A stretch of DNA of 52,844 nt from an uncultured Campylobacter sp. (GTDB taxonomy: Bacteria > Campylobacterota > Campylobacteria > Campylobacterales > Campylobacteraceae). Where the stretch lies: NCBI RefSeq assembly GCF_938017615.1, contig NZ_CALIJA010000203.1, positions 1-52,844 on the forward strand, in the 5' to 3' direction. Of this stretch, positions 30,063 through 39,269 are shown piece after piece (the first letter of the stretch is position 1; every line of letters starts with the position of its first letter). The notes beneath the pieces are model-generated. The model was not told the origin of the DNA and ran no database searches. It worked only from the letters and a program-made list of their open reading frames with translations. Position numbers and translations under genes: made by a program.

Positions 30063-32967
30063 AAATTATCTGGCGCTTGAAGCAAGCGCAGGCAGCGGCA
30101 AGACCTTTAATCTCGCAGTGAGGTTCATCGAGCTAGTGCTAAAAGGTGAGCCGATCAATGAAATTTTAGCGCTTACCTTTACTAAAAAAGCGGCTGCCGA
30201 GATGAAAACGCGCATCGTGGAGAAATTTCAAAATTTGCTGCTTTTGCAGGATGGCTCGCTAAAGCCTAGCGCCGAGCTGGAGCAAATTTGCGCTGATTTG
30301 GGGCTAAGCGTGGATGAGGTTATGGCAGCTCAAGAGCGGCTGAGCCCAAAATTTTTAAGCGAAAGCTTAAATATTTTTACCTTTGATGCGTTTTTTGCAA
30401 AGGCTCTGCGCTCGTTTGCGTTAAACAGCGGCATTGATCCAAGCTTTGAAAACGACGAAAGCATACTAGGCGTGCAGCAGGCGGCGTTTTTAGGCGCTAT
30501 TTGTAAAAACGAAGCGCTATTAAGAGAGGTCGTGGACTACGTAAGCGACTCAGGAATGACAAAGAGCGAGTTCTTAAATAGCTTACAAAGCATTTGGAGA
30601 GGCGATATAAGCATAAATCCGCCCATGCTTCCCGCAAACTCCGCACTGGCAGAGATAAATGAAATTTTATCCTGCTTGCAAAAAGCGGCGAGAGATTCGG
30701 GCGTAAGCGCTGGAGCCGTAAATGGGCTAAGCCCTGTTAGTGATCTTTCAAAATTATCCTCTGGTTTCATTCTTTCGGCTCTTGCCAACGGCAGTTTCGA
30801 TTATCCGCGCTCACAGCTTAAAAAAATTTCGCATCTTGACGGCGAGTTAGCAAAGCTAAAAGACGCTATAGCTCGCGAAATAGCGTGGATGGATGCAACA
30901 TATGCGGCTAAGCTGGCAGGACTAATTAAAATTTATGCCGAAGCACTTAAATCGGTGCAGCGTAAAAGCGGCAAGCTTACATTCGGCGATGTCACCGCAG
31001 CCGTGCACTCGCTGCTAAATCCGAGCGCAGAGGCGTTGCAGGGCAACCGCGAGCTTTTGTATTTCAGGCTTGATTCTAAAATCACGCATATTTTAATCGA
31101 CGAATTCCAAGATACCGACATTTGCCAGTATGAAATCATGCTGCCGCTAATCTCTGAGGCGCTTGCTGGCAAAGGGGCGGAAGAGCGCTGCGGTAGCTTT
31201 TTTTACGTAGGCGATAAAAAACAGAGCATCTATAAATTTCGCGGTGCAGAGAGAAAAATTTTTGATATTTTGCGCGAGCAGTTTAGTCAAATCAAAACGC
31301 AGAGCCTGCCGCGCAATTATCGCAGTTTAAAACTTATCGTAAAATTTGTAAATGAGATCTTGCGCGATAAATTTGCGTCTTATGAAGATCAAATCGCAGC
31401 AAATAAGCTAGATAGCGATCTGCCCGCTTCGGTGCTGCAAAAAATCAAGGACTATCCGCTTTCCCATCCGCAAATGCCGCTATTTGAGGTGCAAAGCGAC
31501 GACTACGGCTACGTAGCGGCGTTTTCATACGACGACGTGCTAAAGGGAGCTGCGGAGCAAGCGCGCAGGCTTGTTGAGGAGTGCGGCGTGAGAGCTGATG
31601 ATATCGCGATTTTGTGTTGGAAAAACGAGCATGTAAGCGCGTTAAAAGAGATGCTATCGGAATTCTGCGAGGTTTACAGCGGCTCAAATAAGGCTTTGCG
31701 TTGCAGTGAGCAGGTAAATGCCGTAATTCAATACGCGAAATTTTGCGTAGGTGGCGATGAAATTTATCTGCGAAACGCCGAAGCGATTTTGGGTAGGCGG
31801 CTTAAAAAGATAGTGGTCGATCTGCATAAAAATGCGCAAAAAACGGCAGAATTTATAGCTAGCTCGCTGAAATTAAATTTTGTCGATCCAGATCTACTGC
31901 TGTTTTTTGAGACGCTGGCAAAATTTAATAGTTTTAGCGAGTATCTGTTTGCAAACGACGAAACGGAGGTATTTGCCAAGGAACAAAGTGGTATTAAAAT
32001 TATGACCGTGCATAAGTCCAAGGGGCTTCAGTTCCCGCACGTAATCGTTTGCGACCGCATCGGAGGAAAAGACCGGGGCGAGAGCTCAAAGCTCGCGACG
32101 GACTATGATTTCGCCACGCATAAGTGGAGAATTTTTTATAAATTTGCGAGCAGAAAGAGCCTGGATACGGAATTTGCGGCATTAATGGATGAAAACGATC
32201 GCTCTGCGCATGAAGAGGATATAAATAAGCTCTATGTGGCATTTACCCGCGCCGAACGCTCGCTCATCATCGTAAAACGCTCCGAGGCAAAAATAGATCA
32301 ATACAATTATAGCTTTTTTTCGCCTTACGCTAAAAAGACCAAGGGTGCGGGCGTCGTGAAGTGGCTGGATATCCCGGATTTTCAATACGGCTACTTAATC
32401 CCAAGCTCCGTAAAATCAGAAGAGAAACCGCCGCGCAAAAAGATCGCGCTCGTAGCGGGCGAGCCTCAAGGCGCGCAAGAAAAGGCTAGCGGGGGCGAAG
32501 CGGAGGCGCTAAGCGCAATATATTTCGGCGAGGCGCTGCACTATGCTATGGAGATGAGCGAAGGATTTGCGGCGGATGAAATTTTGCGAGGAGTAAGCCT
32601 GGCAAGAGGTCGCTACGCTAAATTTTTAAATGACGCGGATTTTGAAAATATCGCGGCGCGGGCACTTGGTCTAAGCAAAAACGAGGAATTTTTAGCTCTG
32701 ATAAGAGGCGCTCAAGCTTATAAAGAGATGCCGATCAAAAGCGCGGAAGGTGATCTTTTGCGCGTGGATCTGGCGTGCTTTAGGCAGGATGAAATTTTGC
32801 TTTTTGATTACAAAAGCTCCGAAAAATACCTCGCGCAAAACAAAGCTCAAGTGGCGCGATATAAAAGCGTAATCCGCGAGTTTTATCCGAATGTGCGGGT
32901 GCGCGCCTTCGTGCTGGCTCTCGAAGCTGCGGGCGCTAGGCTGATCGAAGTAAATGAGGAGGGATAA
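30049..32967 (+). CDS. addA: AddA helicase-nuclease (UvrD/RecB-like)
   Basis: ASAGSGKT, LTFTKKAA, LIDEFQDT, VGDKKQSIYKFRG, NYRS, TVHKSKGLQF, LYVAFTRA, DYK motifs. Confidence 0.93.
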   Translation: MAKFENYLALEASAGSGKTFNLAVRFIELVLKGEPINEILALTFTKKAAAEMKTRIVEKFQNLLLLQDGSLKPSAELEQICADLGLSVDEVMAAQERLSPKFLSESLNIFTFDAFFAKALRSFALNSGIDPSFENDESILGVQQAAFLGAICKNEALLREVVDYVSDSGMTKSEFLNSLQSIWRGDISINPPMLPANSALAEINEILSCLQKAARDSGVSAGAVNGLSPVSDLSKLSSGFILSALANGSFDYPRSQLKKISHLDGELAKLKDAIAREIAWMDATYAAKLAGLIKIYAEALKSVQRKSGKLTFGDVTAAVHSLLNPSAEALQGNRELLYFRLDSKITHILIDEFQDTDICQYEIMLPLISEALAGKGAEERCGSFFYVGDKKQSIYKFRGAERKIFDILREQFSQIKTQSLPRNYRSLKLIVKFVNEILRDKFASYEDQIAANKLDSDLPASVLQKIKDYPLSHPQMPLFEVQSDDYGYVAAFSYDDVLKGAAEQARRLVEECGVRADDIAILCWKNEHVSALKEMLSEFCEVYSGSNKALRCSEQVNAVIQYAKFCVGGDEIYLRNAEAILGRRLKKIVVDLHKNAQKTAEFIASSLKLNFVDPDLLLFFETLAKFNSFSEYLFANDETEVFAKEQSGIKIMTVHKSKGLQFPHVIVCDRIGGKDRGESSKLATDYDFATHKWRIFYKFASRKSLDTEFAALMDENDRSAHEEDINKLYVAFTRAERSLIIVKRSEAKIDQYNYSFFSPYAKKTKGAGVVKWLDIPDFQYGYLIPSSVKSEEKPPRKKIALVAGEPQGAQEKASGGEAEALSAIYFGEALHYAMEMSEGFAADEILRGVSLARGRYAKFLNDADFENIAARALGLSKNEEFLALIRGAQAYKEMPIKSAEGDLLRVDLACFRQDEILLFDYKSSEKYLAQNKAQVARYKSVIREFYPNVRVRAFVLALEAAGARLIEVNEEG

Positions 32968-33009
32968 AATTTTAAAGCTTAGATGAAATTTGAGCGCAGA
33001 TAGATTAAA

Positions 33010-33052
33010 TATAGCTTAAATTAAGCTATACGTAAGGATATTTCTATATAAT
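33010..33052 (+). promoter_or_regulatory. rplM promoter with a perfect 10-1-10 palindrome upstream of the -10 box
   Basis: TATAGCTTAA-A-TTAAGCTATA (33010-33030); TATAAT at 33047-33052. Confidence 0.55.
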
Positions 33053-33082
33053 CACAGCTCAAATTTTAATAAGGCGGAAACC

Positions 33083-33508
33083 ATGACAGAAATTACAAAG
33101 CCTAGCGAAGTTAAGCGCGACTGGGTCGTTATCGACGCGACCGACAAAAGATTCGGTAGGATGCTTACCGAAGTTGCGGTATTGCTACGCGGCAAACACA
33201 AACCAAGCTACACTCCAAACGTGGATTGCGGAGACTACGTCGTTATCATCAACGCTTCAAAAGCCGTATTTACCGGCAATAACAAAGGCGACGATAAACT
33301 TTATCACAGCTACTCGGGCTATTTCGGAAGCGTAAAGAGCGTGAAATTCCAAGACCTGCTTAAAAACAATCCCGCAAAGCTCTACAGACTTGCGGTTCGC
33401 GGTATGCTTCCTAAGACGAAGCTCGGTAAGGCGATGATCAAAAAGCTATTCGTATATGAAGGCGGCGAGCACCCTCATACTGCGCAAACAACTAAAAAAG
33501 GAAAATAA
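33083..33508 (+). CDS. rplM: 50S ribosomal protein L13
   Basis: [24 protein letters not shown] and AVRGMLPK motifs. Confidence 0.98.
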   Translation: MTEITKPSEVKRDWVVIDATDKRFGRMLTEVAVLLRGKHKPSYTPNVDCGDYVVIINASKAVFTGNNKGDDKLYHSYSGYFGSVKSVKFQDLLKNNPAKLYRLAVRGMLPKTKLGKAMIKKLFVYEGGEHPHTAQTTKKGK

Positions 33509-33510
33509 TC

Positions 33511-33900
33511 ATGGCGACAATTTATGCAACCGGAAAGAGAAAAACTGCCGTAGCTAAGGTTTGGGTAAAACCCGGAAGCGGCAAGATCGTAGTAAACGGC
33601 ATGGATCTAAACACCTGGCTAGGCGGTCACGAAGCGATCAAGCTAAGGGTCGTTCAGCCGCTTTTGGCTACTAAACAAGAGACCTCAATGGATATCACCG
33701 CACAGACTTTAGGCGGCGGATATTCGGCTCAAGCGGATGCGCTAAAGCACGGAATTTCAAAAGCACTTGCGGCTATGGATAAAGATTTTAGGGCGGCTCT
33801 TAAGCCAAAAGGTCTGCTAACTCGCGATAGTCGCGTGGTCGAGCGAAAGAAATTCGGTCGCCGCAAAGCGCGTAGAAGTCCGCAGTTCTCTAAGAGATAA
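33511..33900 (+). CDS. rpsI: 30S ribosomal protein S9
   Basis: [24 protein letters not shown]...QFSKR motifs. Confidence 0.98.
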   Translation: MATIYATGKRKTAVAKVWVKPGSGKIVVNGMDLNTWLGGHEAIKLRVVQPLLATKQETSMDITAQTLGGGYSAQADALKHGISKALAAMDKDFRAALKPKGLLTRDSRVVERKKFGRRKARRSPQFSKR

Positions 33901-33905
33901 TGTTT

Positions 33906-33943
33906 TTTACAAATTTGTGGCGAAATTGTCGCAAATTTGTAAA
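33906..33943 (+). terminator. hairpin after rpsI built from two AAATTT sites
   Basis: TTTACAAATTTG / CAAATTTGTAAA perfect 12-bp arms, extendable with G-U pairs. Confidence 0.6.
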
Positions 33944-33999
33944 TTCTTTAAAAATTTTATGGTAATATCGAACTACAACTTTATTTGAAAGGATGTTTA

Positions 34000-35022
34000 A
34001 TGAAGAAAGTTCTACTTGCATTAAGCTTGTGTGCATCCGGCGCATTGTTCGCTAGCGATGCTGATTATCACTGGGAGATCACCCCTACTATCGGTGGAAT
34101 GACTCATGAGGGCAATATGGATTTGGATTCGAATTTTATGTTCGGTCTACGCCTTGCTAAAAACCTACAGAATTCATTCATCGATCAATTAGAGGCAGGT
34201 TTCGATTACTCTCGTCATATCGGCGTAGAGGATCTAGCTTACAGAGCTGGTAATGCTAAGCCTAGCGCTAGATACTACCACATCAATGCTGTAAAAGACT
34301 TGGTAAATTTCACCGATAATTTCAAATTATACGGCTTACTAGGTCTTGGCTATATGGATTACACTAAAGACGTTTACAACGATGGTGATCAAGATAGCGG
34401 CTTCGGTCAATACGGCTTGGGTCTAAAATACTACATTACCGACAACTTTGCTACAAAACTTGAAGCACGCGATGCTATCAGATTTGACGACGGCAACCAC
34501 GTATTGTTCTATACTCTAGGCTTCGCAGTTGATTTTGGCAAGAGATATGCTGATGCAGCTCCAGCTGCCGCTCCGGCTCCTACAGGCTGCAAAGATGCAG
34601 ATAACGACGGCGTATGCGATAATGTCGATAGGTGCCCAGGCACACCTGCTGGTGTAGTTGTTGATGAATACGGCTGCGAGAAGGTTATTAGATTGAATTT
34701 GGGCGTAAATTTCGCTACAGATAGCTCAAAAATTTCCCCTGAGTTTATGAACCAGATCAAAAACGTAAGCGACGTGCTAGTAGCTCATCCTGATTACAAA
34801 GTAATTCTAGAGGGTCACACCGATAGCACCGGTTCGAATGCATATAATCAAAAGCTTTCCGAGCGCAGAGCTGCTGCAGTTGGAGGTGCGCTTAAGAGCT
34901 TCGGCGTAGATGCTAGCAGAATCACCACTGTAGGATATGGCGAGACTAAGCCTATCGCTACAAACGCTACTAAAGCAGGTCGCGCTCAAAATAGACGCGT
35001 TGATGCTAAATTTAGAAAATAA
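34000..35022 (+). CDS. cadF: CadF-like OmpA-family outer-membrane protein
   Basis: Signal peptide, beta-barrel N-terminus (EITPT), DADNDGVCDNVDRCP repeat, OmpA C-terminal motifs GHTDSTGS...NQKLSERRA...NRRV; syntenic after rpsI. Confidence 0.85.
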   Translation: MKKVLLALSLCASGALFASDADYHWEITPTIGGMTHEGNMDLDSNFMFGLRLAKNLQNSFIDQLEAGFDYSRHIGVEDLAYRAGNAKPSARYYHINAVKDLVNFTDNFKLYGLLGLGYMDYTKDVYNDGDQDSGFGQYGLGLKYYITDNFATKLEARDAIRFDDGNHVLFYTLGFAVDFGKRYADAAPAAAPAPTGCKDADNDGVCDNVDRCPGTPAGVVVDEYGCEKVIRLNLGVNFATDSSKISPEFMNQIKNVSDVLVAHPDYKVILEGHTDSTGSNAYNQKLSERRAAAVGGALKSFGVDASRITTVGYGETKPIATNATKAGRAQNRRVDAKFRK

Positions 35023-35040
35023 TCTTTTCTAGATTCACAT

Positions 35041-35067
35041 AAGCGGAGCTTCGGCTCCGCTTTTTTT
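35041..35067 (+). terminator. Rho-independent terminator
   Basis: AAGCGGAGC-TTCG-GCTCCGCTT followed by a T run. Confidence 0.9.
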
Positions 35068-35088
35068 ATATCCAAATTAAATTTTAAA

Positions 35089-36147
35089 ATGCCAAAATTC
35101 CAAATTACACTGCTTTTCGATCTGGACGGCACGCTCATAGACTCCACGCCCGCGATACTGGACGGCTTTCGCTACGCGTTTGCGCATTTGGGCGCTACAG
35201 AGCCTAGCGACGAAGCGATTAAAAGGCTTATCGGGCATCCGTTAGAAGTGATGTTTGAACGTCTAGGTGTGACGCGTGATGTGCAGAATTTCGTGCTCGC
35301 CTACAAACAGCGATACGCGCAGATATTTTTGGATCAGACCGTTCTGCTAAGTGGTGCGTTCGAGGCGGTTCGTGCGGCGAGCGAGTTTGCAAATTTAGGC
35401 GTCGTGACGACCAAGACGTCGAAATTTTCTAAAATTTTATTGCAGCATCTGGGTATCGCGGAATTTTTCGGCACCATCGTCGGGCGAGAGGACGTAAAAT
35501 ATCCCAAACCAAGCGCCGGACCGATCTTAAAAGCGCTCGAAAATTTAGGAATTTGCGGCGCGACCGCTAGCCAAAGCCCGCATGCTGCTTGCGGTAAAAC
35601 TTACGACGCGACTGATGATGAAAATACAAGCGCTGCTAGCAGGAGCGCGATTTTGAGTGAAATTTCAGTGCCTGATTTAAAGAGCCTTTCTGCGCTTGAT
35701 CCTGATCCTAGCAAAGTTTGCGAGCAAAATTTAAGCAGCATCGCGAGTCAAAATTCTGATAGAATTTCGTTTAAAGATTTAAGCGAAGTAAAGAGCGATA
35801 GACATGAGGCTGGTGATAAGAGCCAAAAGAACGGTATCGGCATCGAGGGCGAGAGCTATAAAAGCGGAGCGCGCGGCGGTAAAATTTATGATGCACATGA
35901 GCTAAATTCCACTCCTTGTTATGACAAAATTTGCAGTGACGAAATTCTGCCTTCTGTAAGCCAAAATATCTTTATGATCGGCGATACGTCGCTTGACGCC
36001 ATCGCGGCAAAGTCGGCAGCGGTGCGAAGCGTGGGCGTAAGCTGCGGTTACGGCAGTGCCTCGGAGCTACGGGCGCATTTCGAGTTCGTATGCGCGGACG
36101 CAAAAGAGGCGGTTGAGCTGATACGCGAAATTTCATCAAAATTTTAG
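35089..36147 (+). CDS. HAD-superfamily phosphatase (Gph/PpaX-like) with a ~135-aa insertion
   Basis: FDLDGTLIDS, VVTTK, KP and MIGDTSLD motifs; long low-complexity segment between motifs III and IV. Confidence 0.85.
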   Translation: MPKFQITLLFDLDGTLIDSTPAILDGFRYAFAHLGATEPSDEAIKRLIGHPLEVMFERLGVTRDVQNFVLAYKQRYAQIFLDQTVLLSGAFEAVRAASEFANLGVVTTKTSKFSKILLQHLGIAEFFGTIVGREDVKYPKPSAGPILKALENLGICGATASQSPHAACGKTYDATDDENTSAASRSAILSEISVPDLKSLSALDPDPSKVCEQNLSSIASQNSDRISFKDLSEVKSDRHEAGDKSQKNGIGIEGESYKSGARGGKIYDAHELNSTPCYDKICSDEILPSVSQNIFMIGDTSLDAIAAKSAAVRSVGVSCGYGSASELRAHFEFVCADAKEAVELIREISSKF

Positions 36148-37075
36148 GTGCAATAAAGCGAATTTTTTCTAGCTTCAATGCGCTATTTTTGCAAATACTT
36201 AGAAGTGAACCCGCGCCCGAAATTTAAAATTTCTAATTAATTTTTGAGTTTTAAATAGCACGCGATATGAATTTGCTCGTGCTATTTAGCTGGAAAGCAA
36301 GGCGCTTTCTAGGTGTTCAAATGTGATACGCGAAGTTAAATTTCGCATATTTCTGCTCTGGTCTAGCAAAATAACCTGTGCCATATTAACGATATATGAG
36401 AGATTTCACTTTGTTCGTCGTGCTTGATTTGATTCGTCGAATGTTTGGTATTAACACAGTATATGGGAAAAATTCCGTCGCAGTCAAATTTTATGCAATT
36501 TTACAATGTCTTTTGAGCCTGCAAAGGGTTTTTACAAGAAATTTTATGCAAGTTTCGCGCTCAAATTTTGGCTTTGATTTTAGTTTATGCTCCACCTTAT
36601 CGTGATAAATTCTATGTTCCGCTTGAGGTGAGTATTTGGTAGGACTTTTGTGCGATCCTATCGCAAGTCTATTTGACGCTTATTTTGGGCACCGTATTCG
36701 GGTTTTGTCGCAATTATGTTTGCTGCGGATTTTCGGTTTGATTTATAGCATTTAAGGTCGCGCCCGCGCCCAGCGAGCACTAAACATATATGTTTTGAAG
36801 ACAGGCTTATTATATGCTAAAATTTCATCCTGCGACAAATAGCTCGCAAAGGCGTAAATATAGGATAAACTAGCCAAATTTTAAAATTTAGCTCCGCGAT
36901 GATAGCCATATTCTTTTATCGAAGCCTATGAAAGCAGCGTTAGCTTTTGCGTTTGAATTTTATCGTTTCGGCGCAGCAGGGCTTTAAATTTAATCTAAAA
37001 TTTTGCAAAATTTTAAAATTCCGCCCGCTCTTATGCTTTTTTAAAGCAAAATTCTATAAAATACCGCTTCCGCAA

Positions 37076-37149
37076 TGGGCTATCGTCTAATGGCAGGACA
37101 ACAAACTCTGGATTTGTGAATATAGGTTCGACCCCTATTAGCCCATCCA
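37076..37149 (+). tRNA. tRNA-Gln (anticodon CUG)
   Basis: TGGGCTA/TAGCCCA acceptor stem, ACAAA-CTCTGGA-TTTGT anticodon arm (CTG at 37108-37110), GTTCGA T-loop, encoded CCA. Confidence 0.93.
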
Positions 37150-37314
37150 CTTAAATTTTTAATCCCCTTTATCATAGCTAGCGTTTGAAATTAATTTGCG
37201 CGTCATTTTTGCAGATCGTGGCAGCATTCGCCGGCTAAGGCAAATTGCGCCAAGCCATAAATACGCAAAATTTTAGCGAGCTAATAAGTAAGTTTGCCGC
37301 TTTAAAGCGGCGGA

Positions 37315-37776
37315 TTATTTGATTTTTTCTTTGCCTTTGTAAGTGGCGATGCTTTGATACGAGCCGTCTTTTTTAAACGCTACCACATCATAGACCTCGG
37401 GCTGTGAGCCTTGCTCCATACCTGGCGCTTCTAGCGGCATGCCAGGCACTGCTATGCCGATGACGTCTTTAGGCTTATTTTTTAGTAGCGTGCGGATCTC
37501 ACCTGCTGGCATATGCCCTTCGACTACATACCCATCTATGATCGCGGTGTGGCAGCTAGCGAGCTCCAGCGGAAGCCCAAGCTCATTCTTCTTCTGGATA
37601 AGCGGCTCGTCAGCCAGCGAAATCATCTCGACTTCAAAGCCATTTTGCTCCATATATTTTGCCCAGTTGTGGCAACAGCCGCAGCTCTCGCCGTGATAGA
37701 CCTTGATGTGTTCGCCCGCCGCCGCATAGCTACCTAATGCCGCTAAAAGCGCACCTACAAATAAAATTTTCTTCAT
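37315..37776 (-). CDS. DUF411/CopG-like periplasmic metal-binding protein
   Basis: Signal peptide; CGCC, SCHTA, YVVEGH and GIAVPGMP motifs. Confidence 0.85.
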   Translation of the reverse strand: MKKILFVGALLAALGSYAAAGEHIKVYHGESCGCCHNWAKYMEQNGFEVEMISLADEPLIQKKNELGLPLELASCHTAIIDGYVVEGHMPAGEIRTLLKNKPKDVIGIAVPGMPLEAPGMEQGSQPEVYDVVAFKKDGSYQSIATYKGKEKIK

Positions 37777-37886
37777 ATTTTGCTCCAGTGATTAAAAGTC
37801 CTCGATTATACAATACGAATAGTAAATTTTTAAGAGCGAACCATATAACTCTAAGATTAAATTTGACGAAGCAGACCCGCTCGTAA

Positions 37887-37918
37887 GCCGAAATTTTACG
37901 AAATTTTAAAATTTCGGC
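37887..37918 (-). terminator. hairpin downstream of the lipoprotein gene containing three AAATTT sites
   Basis: GCCGAAATTTTA / TAAAATTTCGGC perfect 12-bp arms. Confidence 0.5.
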
Positions 37919-37934
37919 GTCGCGGATAAGTTAG

Positions 37935-38363
37935 TTATAGGCACTGAGACAGTGCTGATTTGATAGCGGATTTTGATACGTAGCCTTCCGAGTCGCTGGT
38001 AAGTGATACGTCGCAGCCTGGCTTATAGTTTTTCCAGGTGTAGATATTGCCATTGTCTTCGGTTGTTTTGATGGAGTCTGGCTGTTTATTCCATGCAGAA
38101 ATTACTTGATTGATATGAAATGCATCGCTGCGGTCTTTCGGCGCATTAGTCATACCTGTGCTGTCGGGCAAGGTCGTTTCGACCATATCGGTAGTGCCTG
38201 CGGTGGAAACCTCTTGGACTTTATCATTTACGCCGCCGATATTTGTTTTGCTGCTTTGGGATTTTGTTTGATTGCGTACTCCGCTTGGTTCGTTGGATAT
38301 ATTCCAGTTGGAACAACCGATAAAAAATACCGCTGCTACGAGCGCAGCTATTAAATTTCTCAT
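37935..38363 (-). CDS. hypothetical lipoprotein
   Basis: AAGGAG RBS; MRNLIAALVAAVFFIGC lipobox; Ser/Thr/Asn-rich linker and a small two-Cys C-terminal domain. Confidence 0.75.
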   Translation of the reverse strand: MRNLIAALVAAVFFIGCSNWNISNEPSGVRNQTKSQSSKTNIGGVNDKVQEVSTAGTTDMVETTLPDSTGMTNAPKDRSDAFHINQVISAWNKQPDSIKTTEDNGNIYTWKNYKPGCDVSLTSDSEGYVSKSAIKSALSQCL

Positions 38364-38583
38364 AAAATTCTCCTTCAAAAATTTCGTTGCGATAGTAGCA
38401 CATTTATCTTTAGTTTAAAATAAATCCGAGCCCTTGAAATTTGAAATTTCGCAGGAATTTTGCGAGGCGTTTCAGTAGGAATTTATAAAATTTGAGATAA
38501 TATTGCAACCTTTCATACCAAACGGGCTTTTAAATTTTGCACGGCAAATGCCTTTTTGGCTACCAAATTTTAAAGGATTTTTG

Positions 38584-38892
38584 ATGTATGCTATCATCAA
38601 ACACGGCGGCAAGCAGTATAAGGTCGAAGAGGGCAACTACCTAAATTTAGACCATTTTAATGCTGAGCCGAAAGCAAAGCTCGAGCTTAGCGAAGTTTTA
38701 GCGCTAAACGACGGCGAGTTAAAGGTAGGAGCACCGTTTGTAAAGGGTGCCAAGGTGGTTTTGGAGGTCGTTTGCGAAGGCAAGGATAAAAAAGTCGTTA
38801 TCTTTAAAAAACGCAGACGCAAAGATTCAAAAGTAAAACGCGGCTTCAGACGCCAATACACCCGCGTCAAAGTCGTTTCGATTAAAGCATAA
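38584..38892 (+). CDS. rplU: 50S ribosomal protein L21
   Basis: [14 protein letters not shown]...KRGFRRQYT. Confidence 0.97.
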   Translation: MYAIIKHGGKQYKVEEGNYLNLDHFNAEPKAKLELSEVLALNDGELKVGAPFVKGAKVVLEVVCEGKDKKVVIFKKRRRKDSKVKRGFRRQYTRVKVVSIKA

Positions 38893-38902
38893 AGGATAGG
38901 AA

Positions 38903-39160
38903 ATGGCACACAAAAAAGGTCAGGGCTCAACCCAAAATAATAGAGATAGTATCGGACGCCGCTTGGGCGTCAAAAAATTCGGCGGCGAGTTCGTTCGCGC
39001 AGGCAACATCATCATCCGCCAGCGCGGCACCGCGACGCACCCGGGCTGCAACGTAGGCATGGGTAGTGATCACACGATTTTCGCGCTGATCGACGGCGTC
39101 GTAAAATTTGAGCGAAAAGACAAAAATCGCAAAAAAGTATCGGTTTATCCGGCTGCGTAA
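38903..39160 (+). CDS. rpmA: 50S ribosomal protein L27
   Basis: [16 protein letters not shown]...[10 protein letters not shown]. Confidence 0.98.
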   Translation: MAHKKGQGSTQNNRDSIGRRLGVKKFGGEFVRAGNIIIRQRGTATHPGCNVGMGSDHTIFALIDGVVKFERKDKNRKKVSVYPAA

Positions 39161-39177
39161 ACATCGCTAAAATCTTC

Positions 39178-39198
39178 GGGGGCGCAAGCCCCTCTTTT
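39178..39198 (+). terminator. terminator after rpmA
   Basis: GGGGGC-GCAA-GCCCCT followed by CTTTT. Confidence 0.7.
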
Positions 39199-39269
39199 AA
39201 ATTTCATCCGTTTAAAAATTATCTTCAACTCATTTGGCTATAATTGCCGTTTTAAATTTAAGGATAGCT

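Noticed and set aside
36396..36605. 69-aa ORF in the spacer, and similar ORFs at 2656-2856 and 25450-25647
   Set aside because: No clear RBS, no recognisable motif, and no coupling to neighbouring genes.
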